Part shown: positions 1 to 9,969 of the stretch, piece by piece
Numbering within the stretch: position 1 is the stretch's first letter
Layout of the letters: each line of letters begins with the position of its first letter
NCBI GenBank assembly: GCA_040954595.2
Contig: CM082598.2
Span: 10,121,097-10,185,096, forward strand
Direction: 5' to 3'
From: Balanoglossus misakiensis
Taxonomy: Eukaryota; Animalia; Hemichordata
Length of the DNA stretch: 64,000 nucleotides
Made by a program: the position numbers and the translations under genes
The notes under the pieces: model-generated
What the model was told of the DNA's origin: nothing
What the model saw: only the letters and a program-made list of their open reading frames with translations
Databases searched by the model: none

Positions 1-128
1 CTTCAGGAAGATCATCTTGGCTGACTCTTGACTATCTACAGTGACTTTTCTTGCATCCATCTTGGCTGCAACATCTTTCTTTTCATCCATCTGCATTGCC
101 TCACTTTTCTCCTCTTTCTTTTCCTCAT
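1..128 (-). pseudogene. INTS1: INTS1 exon A (DEEKKEEKSEAMQMDEKKDVAAKMDARKVTVDSQESAKMIFLK); repeated at the start of every unit, e.g. 6023-6150
   Basis: Acceptor ttttatttgcag; donor gtaagt, visible at 6017-6022 for the next copy. Phase 1 to phase 0, open frame, phase-compatible with exon F. Confidence 0.8.
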
Positions 129-410
129 CTGCAAATAAAAATTGTGTTATGTCCAGGAAATATTATTTACTTTCTGAGAAGAAACTGGAATATCTAGCTT
201 TGCAAATCAGTTAGTGAAATAAGAGAACGCAAACAATTAATTGTCATGAAATAGTCACCCCTGTTAATATCGCGAAAAATTTCCCATCACAAAAATTACC
301 AAGATTACAGTAACCTAAAAATATAAAATCCTAATAATGTCCAAAGTTGAAGAATTCTATATGTATGACTTAACTTTTGAGACACTATTTCACAACACAA
401 ATACTAGTAC

Positions 411-569
411 CTTTGTTCTCTTTATCCAGGAATGAATTTTTTTCCACCTTCTGCTCCTCTCATCTGTTGAACTTCCACTAACTGAGCCATGTATCCTTTG
501 TCAACCACAGCCTGTTCCATACTGTACAGATCTTGTCTGCAGGCCATGTCGAGATGCTGCAGTAGTTTG
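411..569 (-). pseudogene. INTS1: INTS1 exon B (SKLLQHLDMACRQDLYSMEQAVVDKGYMAQLVEVQQMRGAEGGKKF, frameshift, FLDKENK)
   Basis: Acceptor tcttttcacag, donor gtacta. Resembles recalled INTS1 SKLLQFLD...DKNYMAHLVEVQHERGASGG. The 159-bp length is incompatible with phase 2 to phase 1, and the entering frame hits TAA after GGKKFIPG. Confidence 0.9.
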
Positions 570-941
570 CTGTGAAAAGAAACAGAAGTGTTACATGTGT
601 ATGTGTGTTACAGGGCCAGATCACGGCACATCATGACAAAATCTTTGTGAATATGGTGCTAGCATCATGTTTATAGCAGATCATGTGTATTCATACTTGT
701 GGGCCAAATGACCTTAATATGTGGTTTGTTGTATGACTTAATTATAACACACACACCCAGTTTTTTTAATAGTCCTGCTTGAAAGATCACAGAGTGTCTT
801 TGGCTACTGAAAAGCACCACCACAATGAGAGATAACTCACAACACCGAAGAGTAAATCTCTAAAGTTGTAATTTAAACCAAGTATGGAAATTGGGATGTA
901 CGGTAGCTTTGATGAGGAATAATTCTAGAGTTACAACATAC

Positions 942-1014
942 CTCATGCTGTTGACTGGTATACCAAAGGACTGCACAAACAAGACCAACTGAGCTGGTTC
1001 CAAGTCTTCCAGGG
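942..1014 (-). pseudogene. INTS1: INTS1 exon C (ALEDLEPAQLVLFVQSFGIPVNSMS)
   Basis: Acceptor tcatttttttcag, donor gtatgt, 73 bp, highly conserved INTS1 motif; its phase-2 end matches exon B. This exon is the real core of the 860..1087 ORF. Confidence 0.93.
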
Positions 1015-1214
1015 CTGAAAAAAATGACAAATTCAGGATGAAAACAACAAAAGTTTGGTGAGAAAAGATCCCAAGTTGAATTGACACACAGATTGGCAGA
1101 TATTTCCACGAAATATCACATGTAAATGGTGCAACAACAGATTAACCGATCAGGCCATGACAAATACTGCACCTCTTCACAAAAACTGCTGGGTTGCAAT
1201 TTATAGCATAAAAT

Positions 1215-1349
1215 TACTGTAAAACAGGAAATTTTTGTGATATCACAAGAGAGCTGACTATTCCATTGCTCACATTGTTTCTTTGCGACCATTTATTTTC
1301 ACGTTTTTTGGCTCTCACGAAATTCGCAAAAATTTCCCCTTTTACAATA
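1215..1349. mobile_element. Small MITE with ~26-bp imperfect terminal inverted repeats and TA at both ends (intronic, in every unit)
   Basis: Left end TACTGTAAAACAGGAAATTTTTGTGA; reverse complement of the right end TATTGTAAAAGGGGAAATTTTTGCGA. A similar solitary end (...CACAAAAATTACCAAGATTACAGTA) lies at about 265-312. Confidence 0.65.
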
Positions 1350-1930
1350 GTATGGTTGGATCTATACAATGTATACATTGAATGGGGATGAACACTGGAC
1401 AGTGGAGCATTCTATATTAAAATTTGGGAAAACATTGAAGCCATATTAAGGTCATACTTGATTAAGCTGAAAGTCGGCACAGAATAAATTTGAAATTCAA
1501 TTGGCTACAAAAATTGACTTTTCTGCCATTCTGAGATCTCCATGCTGAGCTCAATTATGTTGCTGCTTCATATAGTGGTCAGCAATAAAAACTTACTACT
1601 GTTACAGTGGTTATACATGTAACTCTTATTAAATGTTTTTTTTTTCTTGTTTTATCATGAAATCTGACAATATCACGAAATCTGACTGTGGGTGGCACGA
1701 CAGAATAAAACTGGTTTTCGTCTCAACTTTTGTACATGTAGTGACACAATGAAAGAATGACAGAGAAACTGCTAACAGACAGATTATTATATATTATTTT
1801 ACCTTTTCATGTCACTTTTATAAAACACTGCATGGCAACAAATGTGAACCATGAACAATTTGCAAGACAATGAACTAGAAGTTGAACGAGATTTGAAGAC
1901 CTGCTCTGGAAGTAATTGATTGACACTCAC

Positions 1931-2095
1931 CCATGAGTAAGATTCCGCATGGGGCTGTGTGGCTTTCTTCAAGTAATTGTAGAATATATGTAACATGGAT
2001 GTCAGTGTACATAGCGTTGGTCTGGTCGGCACTGGTGTCTCTACACAGCATGGAGCTGAGTATGGTGGGCCTTTCTACAATCAACTGAGCTAAAT
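1931..2095 (-). pseudogene. INTS1: INTS1 exon D, acceptor deleted and frameshifted (LAQLIVERPTILSSMLCRD / PTRPTLCTLTSMLHIFYNYLKKATQPHAESYSW)
   Basis: Donor gtgagt at 1925-1930. Homology (recalled LVVERSTIMSHL...EVYSW) switches between the overlapping ORFs 1875..2153 and 1799..2032. The full exon in the long variant (8847-9012) is 166 bp, not a multiple of 3. Confidence 0.85.
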
Positions 2096-2285
2096 GTGAC
2101 AATGTGTAATTAAAGAGAAATATACAGTCAGTGGAGTAAAGGGTATAACACAATCATACTGATGGAATTCTCACTACCTGAAATAGGTTTTTGCTACCTA
2201 GGTGAGTGATGAATAAAGGTCTAATGTCCTCTCTGATATAACATACTAGTGTATGGTAAATGTCTTTCAGAGATCTACACATTAA

Positions 2286-2472
2286 AGGGACAAACTCTCT
2301 ACAGTTAATTCATTTTGGGGAGATTTTTACTCTCATATCCTACAAACGGGATGGAAGTTGTGTGTGGTCGAACATTGATTCACTATATATCCACATGTAG
2401 AATAACATAAATGGTGTCTTGTATCAAACATAATGTATGGAAAAAGGGCAGCGAGAGAGAGACTTTGTCCCT
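2286..2472. mobile_element. 187-bp MITE with TTAA target-site duplication, Kolobok-like non-autonomous element (every unit; two copies in long units)
   Basis: TTAA|AGGGACAAACTCTCT ... AGAGAGACTTTGTCCCT|TTAA, with TTAA at 2282-2285 and 2473-2476. Purine-purine termini with a TTAA TSD fit Kolobok rather than piggyBac (CC termini). Confidence 0.8.
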
Positions 2473-2643
2473 TTAAATATCATAGCTGGCATACAGTTAT
2501 AAATATGCATTTTTTGATTTATGTCTTGCAAGTACAAAACTGTTCTTTATTAAAAAGAAATACAGACAAGGTGATCCCAGGAACATAAAACCCAAAACTC
2601 AAAGCTACCAGACAGATGAGTCTTGAGATAAACTTGGACTTAC

Positions 2644-2797
2644 TTGTCAATCAATCTGGACTGCTCTTGTAACAACAACTCACTCAATGCTTCACTGGTG
2701 CTGGATGATTTTGTTGGCACTTGCATAGCAACAGATAAGGCTTTATTCAGAAACTCTTCTAGTTGGCTGGAATTGGCGCCTGTCAGCTGGTGATACA
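2644..2797 (-). pseudogene. INTS1: INTS1 exon J (VYHQLTGANSSQLEEFLNKALSVAMQVPTKSSSTSEALSELLLQEQSRLID)
   Basis: Acceptor ccatatgcag, donor gtaagt, 154 bp, phase 1 to phase 2. Phase-compatible with exon I upstream and exon K downstream; K survives only in the long units. Confidence 0.75.
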
Positions 2798-3470
2798 CTG
2801 CATATGGTGCAAAGTCAAACAAAATTCACCCAATCATAAAATGTATCATTAACATGATCATACCATAAAAAATGTGAATGAATTACAATTATAGCGTGCG
2901 CATATTGAATCATACGAAATCACACCAAATAACGCGAGACTTAGAAATAACATTACATGTGTATGGTGCCACTTAAACGACACCATTTATTCTTTTTGAG
3001 CCTAAATCATGTTTAACCACAACTAGACAACCACAATGACCTTGTGAGAATGAAACCCACCAATAAATACATGTAGATAATCTGAAGCTATCACAGAAAC
3101 AGAATGTCTTTGACAAAGTATTGCAAAGCCTTCAGTTGACCGCGAAAAAGTTGACGAAGCATGCATGTGGAAAGTGGAGTGTTGACAACAATGTGAATAT
3201 ATGCACGATAGCTTGCTGCGCTCGCACTCAGGTCAAACCTGTTACATATTACCAAAAATGTGGATCTATATAATTAACATTGGGTCCGTTCCTTCTTATC
3301 CCACTCGTGTTTCTGTTTGTTTGGTGAGAATATCTAATAGGTTAGCCCCTTTCACTCCCAGTTCCTTCTTTAGAGGTCCAACCTTACCATAGAAAACGAT
3401 GGGTTTGGACTGGAACATGGCGGTGAAAGGGTTCAGGTGCTTGAGGGAGTGTTAAAAATGCAGACTTTAC

Positions 3471-3596
3471 CTTTCTATAACATGTCTCTATCTACAGCCA
3501 TCCGTCCCTCAGTGACGGCTTCAATGATTTCACTCACTTCATCCAAGTTGCCACCACTGGCTTTGATGGGACTTTTCTCACTGCTCAGGGATTTCG
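3471..3596 (-). pseudogene. INTS1: INTS1 exon I (AKSLSSEKSPIKASGGNLDEVSEIIEAVTEGRMAVDRDML*K) with in-frame TAG
   Basis: Acceptor gtccttccttccag, donor gtaaag, 126 bp, phase 1 to phase 1. It lies between H and J with matching phases. The sequence is poorly conserved, so the assignment is positional. Confidence 0.65.
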
Positions 3597-4167
3597 CTGG
3601 AAGGAAGGACGTAAGACTGGAATTAAGGCATACGTCCCTACATAAAGGGAGGACATTTGGACATGATACCACAAATGGTTAATGGAGTTTCTGGGAAGGT
3701 TTTCAAATTCCAGGAATTTCCAGGAGTGTACGAATCCAGTTAAGAATTCTTTATGTCATGTGATCTGGCCATGTGACCTGCAGCATTGTCATTTCCAGGT
3801 GACGGCAAACAACATAGTGGCATCCAGTAAAAGTTTTCCACGTATGTAAGTACTTAAGAACCGCCAGACATGTAACATGTATCAGGTATAGTACCTCATC
3901 AGCCTCATGGCATTTTGTCTGCACAGTCTTTGTCTGCACCACGTTGCTGAAGTTGCCTGTCATCTGGAAAATTGAATGCCAACGTATTTGCGCTTGAGCG
4001 CGTCTGGCGTCTTTTGATATCAAAGAATAAATGCATTGTACAAACTTGAAACTATGTAGAATTTTTCTATTTATCCTGTGTGATATAGTGAAAACGCTCA
4101 AGTTACAGTTTGTGTATGGTTTTGAGAATTATTTCACTGCTTGAGGTAAGTGAAATAAACAGCTCAC

Positions 4168-4300
4168 CTTGTTGTCTGTTGACTTTTTCATAGTGGTTGA
4201 GAAGTTTTGTAAACACACTGTTTTCAGACTTTGATGAACTCAAAATTGCAGACACTAGCTGGACAAATCTCATCATATCTTCCTTCTTTTCAAGATGTTT
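4168..4300 (-). pseudogene. INTS1: INTS1 exon H (KHLEKKEDMMRFVQLVSAILSSSKSENSVFTKLLNHYEKVNRQQ)
   Basis: Acceptor tatcatttag, donor gtgagc, 133 bp, phase 0 to phase 1, open frame. Missed by the ORF track. Units 4 and 5 carry a 2-bp deletion. Confidence 0.75.
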
Positions 4301-4391
4301 CTAAATGATATAAAGGAGTGAGAGTGAGAATTGTGCATGATTATGTCAGTTTTGAACTTTCATGTCTGTTTTGGACTGAGAGCTGTTGAAT

Positions 4392-4415
4392 GAGAGAGAG
4401 AGAGGGAGAGAGAGA
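4392..4415. repeat. Interrupted (GA)n microsatellite, 4 bp longer in unit 2 (about 12260-12286)
   Basis: gagagagagagagggagagagaga. Confidence 0.85.
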
Positions 4416-4943
4416 TCGCGCTCGAACAATCAGGGGGTCACGCAGACGTAATCTTTTCATTGGCGTGATACTGATATCACCACGTAACTTGCAATTCCCA
4501 AGAGTGCGACTGTACGTACGTAAACTGTATCAAATTCAACTCATTCACGTCATATGAGAGGAGGTATACCGTGCGAATGCGAGCGCTGGGGGAACCGGGT
4601 ACCGCCTACTTGAAATGGACCTCTTCCCTTAGTGAAGTCAAATAATCATAATTATCTATCATGTAAGAAGTCAAAAATGTAAGAGAATGTTTTAATAAAT
4701 ATGTCAACTTATTATTTACATTCCCCTGTATATATTCCCCTGTAAATGTCTCATAATTTGAGGAATAATATTTTGGAAGCTGAACGGAAGTTGCAACTCA
4801 AATCAAATTTCAACTTCTCCAATATATGGAATAACACTATAAGCCTACTGACTTGAGAAACTCAAATTGAATTTCAAATTCTCGAACAAACGAAAATATG
4901 TTTGAATGTAAGTAATCTTACTATAAAATTGACATGCAATTAC

Positions 4944-5123
4944 CTGTCGTTGGTGAAGCAAACTGAACAATGGACATGACAAATGATGTTTTCTGTGTAG
5001 ATTATAAATAAACTGACTCTCATCACTTGATGTTAGGATTTCTTGCATTGCCAGAATGATGTGATCACCAGAATTCTCTGATGAATCAAACAATTTCAGC
5101 CTGGAGATTTCCCTGGACAGTGT
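4944..5123 (-). pseudogene. INTS1: INTS1 exon G (TLSREISRLKLFDSSENSGDHIILAMQEILTSSDESQFIYNLHRKHHLSCPLFSLLHQRQ)
   Basis: Acceptor tttctcacacag, donor gtaatt, 180 bp, phase 0 to phase 0. Resembles recalled INTS1 ALGQELARV...MHRSHFLACPLLRQLCQYQ. Confidence 0.85.
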
Positions 5124-5249
5124 CTGTGTGAGAAATGATGGCAAAATATTAATATCATTTATTAGGAAACCTGGCCAGTCACTGAGAAATCTGTCGGCCT
5201 TTACAAAGTATAGTTCATAATCTTCTCATAAAATGATAAAGTTGCCGCA

Positions 5250-5440
5250 AAGGTATACAGTCACCTATAATTTACATACGCCCATATATGGCTGAAATGG
5301 CGTATTTGAGCGTTCTAAAGGACATATGGCGGCGCTCTTTTTTTCGCCGTGTGCCACCCACTGAAAATCTGTGATTGGCTAGATCTCAAGTTTACCATGG
5401 TAACTGTAGTTAAATTACCATAGGTGACAATATACCTTAA
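5250..5440. mobile_element. Second Kolobok-like MITE (~190 bp) with imperfect terminal inverted repeats
   Basis: Left AAGGTATACAGTCACCTAT; reverse complement of the right end AAGGTATATTGTCACCTAT. The right end abuts TTAA, and the left TSD is degenerate. Confidence 0.65.
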
Positions 5441-5500
5441 CATATCATATTTCTTCTGGGAAGTGTAATTGTTTTAAGATCAAATATTACATGTACATAC

Positions 5501-5569
5501 CAATTGTATGCCTCTCAGATATTGTCTTTCCGTTGATGCACTCACTTTGTGCTCACCAATACTGAATAG
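5501..5569 (-). pseudogene. INTS1: INTS1 exon F (LFSIGEHKVSASTERQYLRGIQL)
   Basis: Acceptor ttatatttacag, donor gtatgt, 69 bp, phase 0 to phase 0. It follows exon A of the next-higher unit and is deleted in unit 5. Confidence 0.72.
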
Positions 5570-8500
5570 CTGTAAATATAATCAAAGGAGAAGAAATCAC
5601 TCACTCATTAGCAATGATACTGCAAAAGTGGAAGTGACTGATTTTGAGTCTGAAGTTGGAAAAGAGTCCCAGTACAGTGTAGAGAGGTTTCCAGATTAGG
5701 TAGATTTTGCTGTCCAACCATTTTCACACAACGGCCATAAAATTTAAAGAAGAACTATTAAATTACCCAGCCTGATAAGTTTTGTGGTGTTTGGAAAGTC
5801 GTCCATGTCTGATGACACAAGATCAGCTTTTGATTGTAACATGAGACATGATCAGTTGTGTTTTGGTTCAAAAGAACATGACCTGGTTTAAGAAGCCTTG
5901 CAACTTCAGGTGACTACAGAAGGAGCTATACTGTGCCCATTGGCCTTGATTTGACTGAGAAACCATGATTTACTGAAAAGCCACTTGGAAAAGGGTCCAC
6001 TTTATTTCTAAACCAAACTTACCTTCAGGAAGATCATCTTGGCTGACTCTTGACTATCTACAGTGACTTTTCTTGCATCCATCTTGGCTGCAACATCTTT
6101 CTTTTCATCCACCTGCATTGCCTCACTTTTCTCCTCTTTCTTTTCCTCATCTGCAAATAAAAATTGTGTTATGTCCAGGAAATATTATTTACTTTCTGAG
6201 AAGAAACTGGAATATCTAGCTTTGCAAATCAGTTAGTGAAATAAGAGAACGCAAACAATTAATTGTCATGAAATAGTCACCTCTGTTAATATCGCGAAAA
6301 ATTTCCTATCACAAAAATTACCAAGATTACAGTAACCTAAAAATATAAAATCCTAATAATGTCCAAAGTTGAAGAATTCTATATGTATGACTTAACTTTT
6401 GAGACACTATTTCACAACACAAATACTAGTACCTTTGTTCTCTTTATCCAGGAATGAATTTTTTTCCACCTTCTGCTCCTCTCATCTGTTGAACTTCCAC
6501 TAACTGAGCCATGTATCCTTTGTCAACCACAGCCTGTTCCATACTGTACAGATCTTGTCTGCAGGCCATGTCGAGATGCTGCAGTAGTTTGCTGTGAAAA
6601 GAAACAGAAGTGTTACATGTGTATGTGTGTTACAGGGCCAGATCACGGCACATCATGACAAAATCTTTGTGAATATGGTGCTAGCATCATGTTTATAGCA
6701 GATCATGTGTATTCATACTTGTGGGCCAAATGACCTTAATATGTGGTTTGTTGTATGACTTAATTATAACACACACACCCAGTTTTTTTAATAGTCCTGC
6801 TTGAAAGATCACAGAGTGTCTTTGGCTACTGAAAAGCACCACCACAATGAGCGATAACTCACAACACCGAAGAGTAAATCTCTAAAGTTGTAATTTAAAC
6901 CAAGTATGGAAATTGGGATGTACGGTAGCTTTGATGAGGAATAATTCTAGAGTTACAACATACCTCATGCTGTTGACTGGTATACCAAAGGACTGCACAA
7001 ACAAGACCAACTGAGCTGGTTCCAAGTCTTCCAGGGCTGAAAAAAATGACAAATTCAGGATGAAAACAACAAAAGTTTGGTGAGAAAAGATCCCAAGTTG
7101 AATTAACACACAGATTGGCAGATATTTCCACGAAATATCACATGTAAATGGTGCAACAACAGATTAACCGATCAGGCCATGACAAATACTGCACCTCTTC
7201 ACAAAAACTGCTGGGTTGCAATTTATAGCATAAAATTACTGTAAAACAGGAAATTTTTGTGATATCACAAGAGAGCTGACTATTCCATTGCTCACATTGT
7301 TTCTTTGCGACCATTTATTTTCACGTTTTGTGGCTCTCACGAAATTCGCAAAAATTTCCCCTTTTACAATAGTATGGTTGGATCTACACAATGTATACAT
7401 TGAATGGGGATGAACACTGGACAGTGGAGCATTCTATATTAAAATTTGGGAAAACATTGAAGCCATATTAAGGTCATACTTGATTAAGCTGAAAGTCGGC
7501 ACAGAATAAATTTGAAATTCAATTGGCTACAAAAATTGACTTTTCTGCCATTCTGAGATCTCCATGCTGAGCTCAATTATGTTGCTGCTTCATATAGTGG
7601 TCAGCAATAAAAACTTACTACTGTTACAGTGGTTATACATGTAACTCTTATTAAATGTTTTTTTTTTCTTGTTTTATCATGAAATCTGACAATATCACGA
7701 AATCTGACTGTGGGTGGCACGACAGAATAAAACTGGTTTTCGTCTCAACTTTTGTACATGTAGTGACACAATGAAAGAATGACAGAGAAACTGCTAACAG
7801 ACAGATTATTATACATTTTTTTACCTTTTCATGTCACTTTTATAAAACACTGCATGGCAACAAATGTGAACCATGAACAATTTGCAAGACAATGAACTAG
7901 AAGTTGAACGAGATTTGAAGACCTGCTCTGGAAGTAATTGATTGACACTCACCCATGAGTAAGATTCCGCATGGGGCTGTGTGGCTTTCTTCAAGTAATT
8001 GTAGAATATATGTAACATGGATGTCAGTGTACATAGCGTTGGTCTGGTCGGCACTGGTGTCTCTACACAGCATGGAGCTGAGTATGGTGGGCCTTTCTAC
8101 AATCAACTGAGCTAAATGTGACAATGTGTAATTAAAGAGAAATATACAGTCAGTGGAGTAAAGGGTATAACACAATCATACTGATGGAATTCTCACTACC
8201 TGAAATAGGTTTTTGCTACCTAGGTGAGTGATGAATAAAGGTCTAATGTCCTCTCTGATATAACATACTAGTGTATGGTAAATGTCTTTCAGAGATCTAC
8301 ACATTAAAGGGACAAACTCTCTACAGTTAATTCATGTTGGGGAGATTTTTACTCTCATATCCTACAAACGGGATGGAAGTTGTGTGTGGTCGAACATTGA
8401 TTCACTATATATCCACATGTAGAATAACATAAATGGTGTCTTGTATCAAACATAATGTATGGAAAAAGGGCAGCGAGAGAAAGACTTTGTCCCTTTAAAT

Positions 8501-8846
8501 ATCATAGCTGGCATACAGTTATAAATATGCATTTTTTGATTTATGTCTTGCAAGTACAAAACTGTTCTTTATTAAAAAGAAATACAGACAAGGTGATCCC
8601 AGGAACATAAAACCCAAAACTCAAAGCTACCAGACAGATGAGTCTTGAGATAAACTTGGACTTACTTGTCAATCAATCTGGACTGCTCTAACAGACAGAT
8701 TATTATATATTTTTTTACCTTTTCATGTCACTTTTATAAAACACTGCATGGCAACAAATGTGAACCATGAACAATTCGCAAGACAATGAACTAGAAGTTG
8801 AACGAGATTTGAAGACCTGCTCTGGAAGTAATTGATTGACACTCAC

Positions 8847-9012
8847 CCATGAGTAAGATTCCGCATGGGGCTGTGTGGCTTTCTTCAAGTAATTGTAGAA
8901 TATATGTAACATGGATGTCAGTGTACATAGTGTTGGTCTGGTCGGCACTGGTGTCTCTACACAGCATGGAGCTGAGTATGGTGGGCCTTTCTACAATCAA
9001 CTGAGCTAAATC
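8847..9012 (-). pseudogene. INTS1: INTS1 exon D with native acceptor (long variant)
   Basis: ctttctgattctag|GATTTAGCTCAG (DLAQLIVERPT...); in phase with exon E; 166 bp, so still frameshifted. Confidence 0.88.
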
Positions 9013-9348
9013 CTAGAATCAGAAAGGTAGCAGTGAAGTAAAATCAAATATGTTTGTCAAAACAAAACAACAATAACAACACACATAATCATATTCAAAT
9101 AAAAATCACTTGGTTCATGCTTAGAACTTTCTATAAACTTACTCTTTTTTTTTGCACATACTCCAATGAAAATACTGTTTGATATATAGATCACAGACTT
9201 TTGCATTTTCAACTGTTTTTGTTCTAATACTATTTGTGTGTAGCCCTCACCCAGAACCTGTATGTATGATTCACAATCATATGTCTTTATTTGTTTCTAC
9301 CAGAGGTCTCCACGACTCATACTGGAAATACACAAATCATCATCTTAC

Positions 9349-9453
9349 CAATGCAAGGTCGGCCATTTCATGAAGCTGATTGGTCGAAGAATATTTGGAG
9401 AGGAACATGATGTACGCACTGATGGTGAGTGGCTCTGTTTCCATCTGGCAAGC
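9349..9453 (-). pseudogene. INTS1: INTS1 exon E (ACQMETEPLTISAYIMFLSKYSSTNQLHEMADLAL), only in long units
   Basis: 105 bp, flanked by ag and gtaaga. Resembles recalled INTS1 AIHMETDPQTISAYLIYLSQH...SDLAL, which directly precedes the exon D peptide. Confidence 0.88.
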
Positions 9454-9717
9454 CTTAGGACTAACAGCACATCGCTCACTGTGTTAAACGGCACAAAAGT
9501 TACAATTTCTGTCAAACTCTGCACCTATTCTAGTTTCCCCCCAAAAAATTCACGAAAATGGCAAGCTAGACTTCAGTGTTATATCGAAATTCTACATTAA
9601 ATTAAGCACTAAGCCTCATATATTGGCAACTCATTCTCCACATGAGGCATTTTCAGATCTTTACACGATTTTCTGTGTACAAAGATCAACCTGAAGAAGT
9701 ATGATACAATTTCTCAC

Positions 9718-9969
9718 CTAGTTGAGTCTGTCCTTGGTTTGAGTAACCAATCGATACATTTATGCAAAGTCTGCCAATTACTCTGGTGGCTCAACAGTGC
9801 CAGCAAATAAGCACTGCACGAACTTTGAACTTTGCCCTCTGTTCTGGGTTTGTGCGTCTTGACAAAGAGTAACTGGTGTTGCAGTTGAGGGCAACTTTGC
9901 ACAATCTCGGGGTCCAGGAGCTCCAGCCAATCAATAAGCAGCCCTGCCGTTGACCAGCCTAATTCGCAT
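9718..9969 (-). pseudogene. INTS1: INTS1 exon K (CELGWSTAGLLIDWLELLDPEIVQSCPQLQHQLLFVKTHK...AYLLALLSHQSNWQTLHKCIDWLL...), only in long units
   Basis: 252 bp, open frame, acceptor cattgtcacag, donor gtgaga. Resembles recalled INTS1 GLLVDWLEMLDPEVVSSCPDLQLRLLF...YLLTLFTHQSSWPTLHQCIRVLL. Confidence 0.92.

Larger units (their letters stand above)
1..6022 (-). pseudogene. INTS1: Reference monomer: unprocessed partial INTS1 pseudogene. Exons in transcription order are F,G,H,I,J,D,C,B,A; the inferred native order is E,D,(missing),C,B,A,F,G,H,I,J,K
   Basis: GT-AG bounded exons translate to INTS1-like peptides. For example, ALEDLEPAQLVLFVQSFGIPVNSMSKLLQHLD resembles the recalled human ALQDLEPQQLLLFVQSFGIPVSSMSKLLQFLD, and HRKHHLSCPL resembles HRSHFLACPL. 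No first or last exon of the gene is present. Confidence 0.92.

Noticed and set aside
860-5699. Short repeated ORFs in the track (60-116 aa) as stand-alone genes
   Set aside because: Most minus-strand ORFs are exon cores read through into introns. The plus-strand ORFs and 3751..4101 have no recognisable homology or coding character and recur only because the DNA is repeated.
5600-6010. Possible additional coding fragment (e.g. QSKADLVSSDMDDFPNTTKLIRLGNL, minus strand) in the A-F intron
   Set aside because: No convincing splice sites or recognisable homology, and exons A and F already join in phase.
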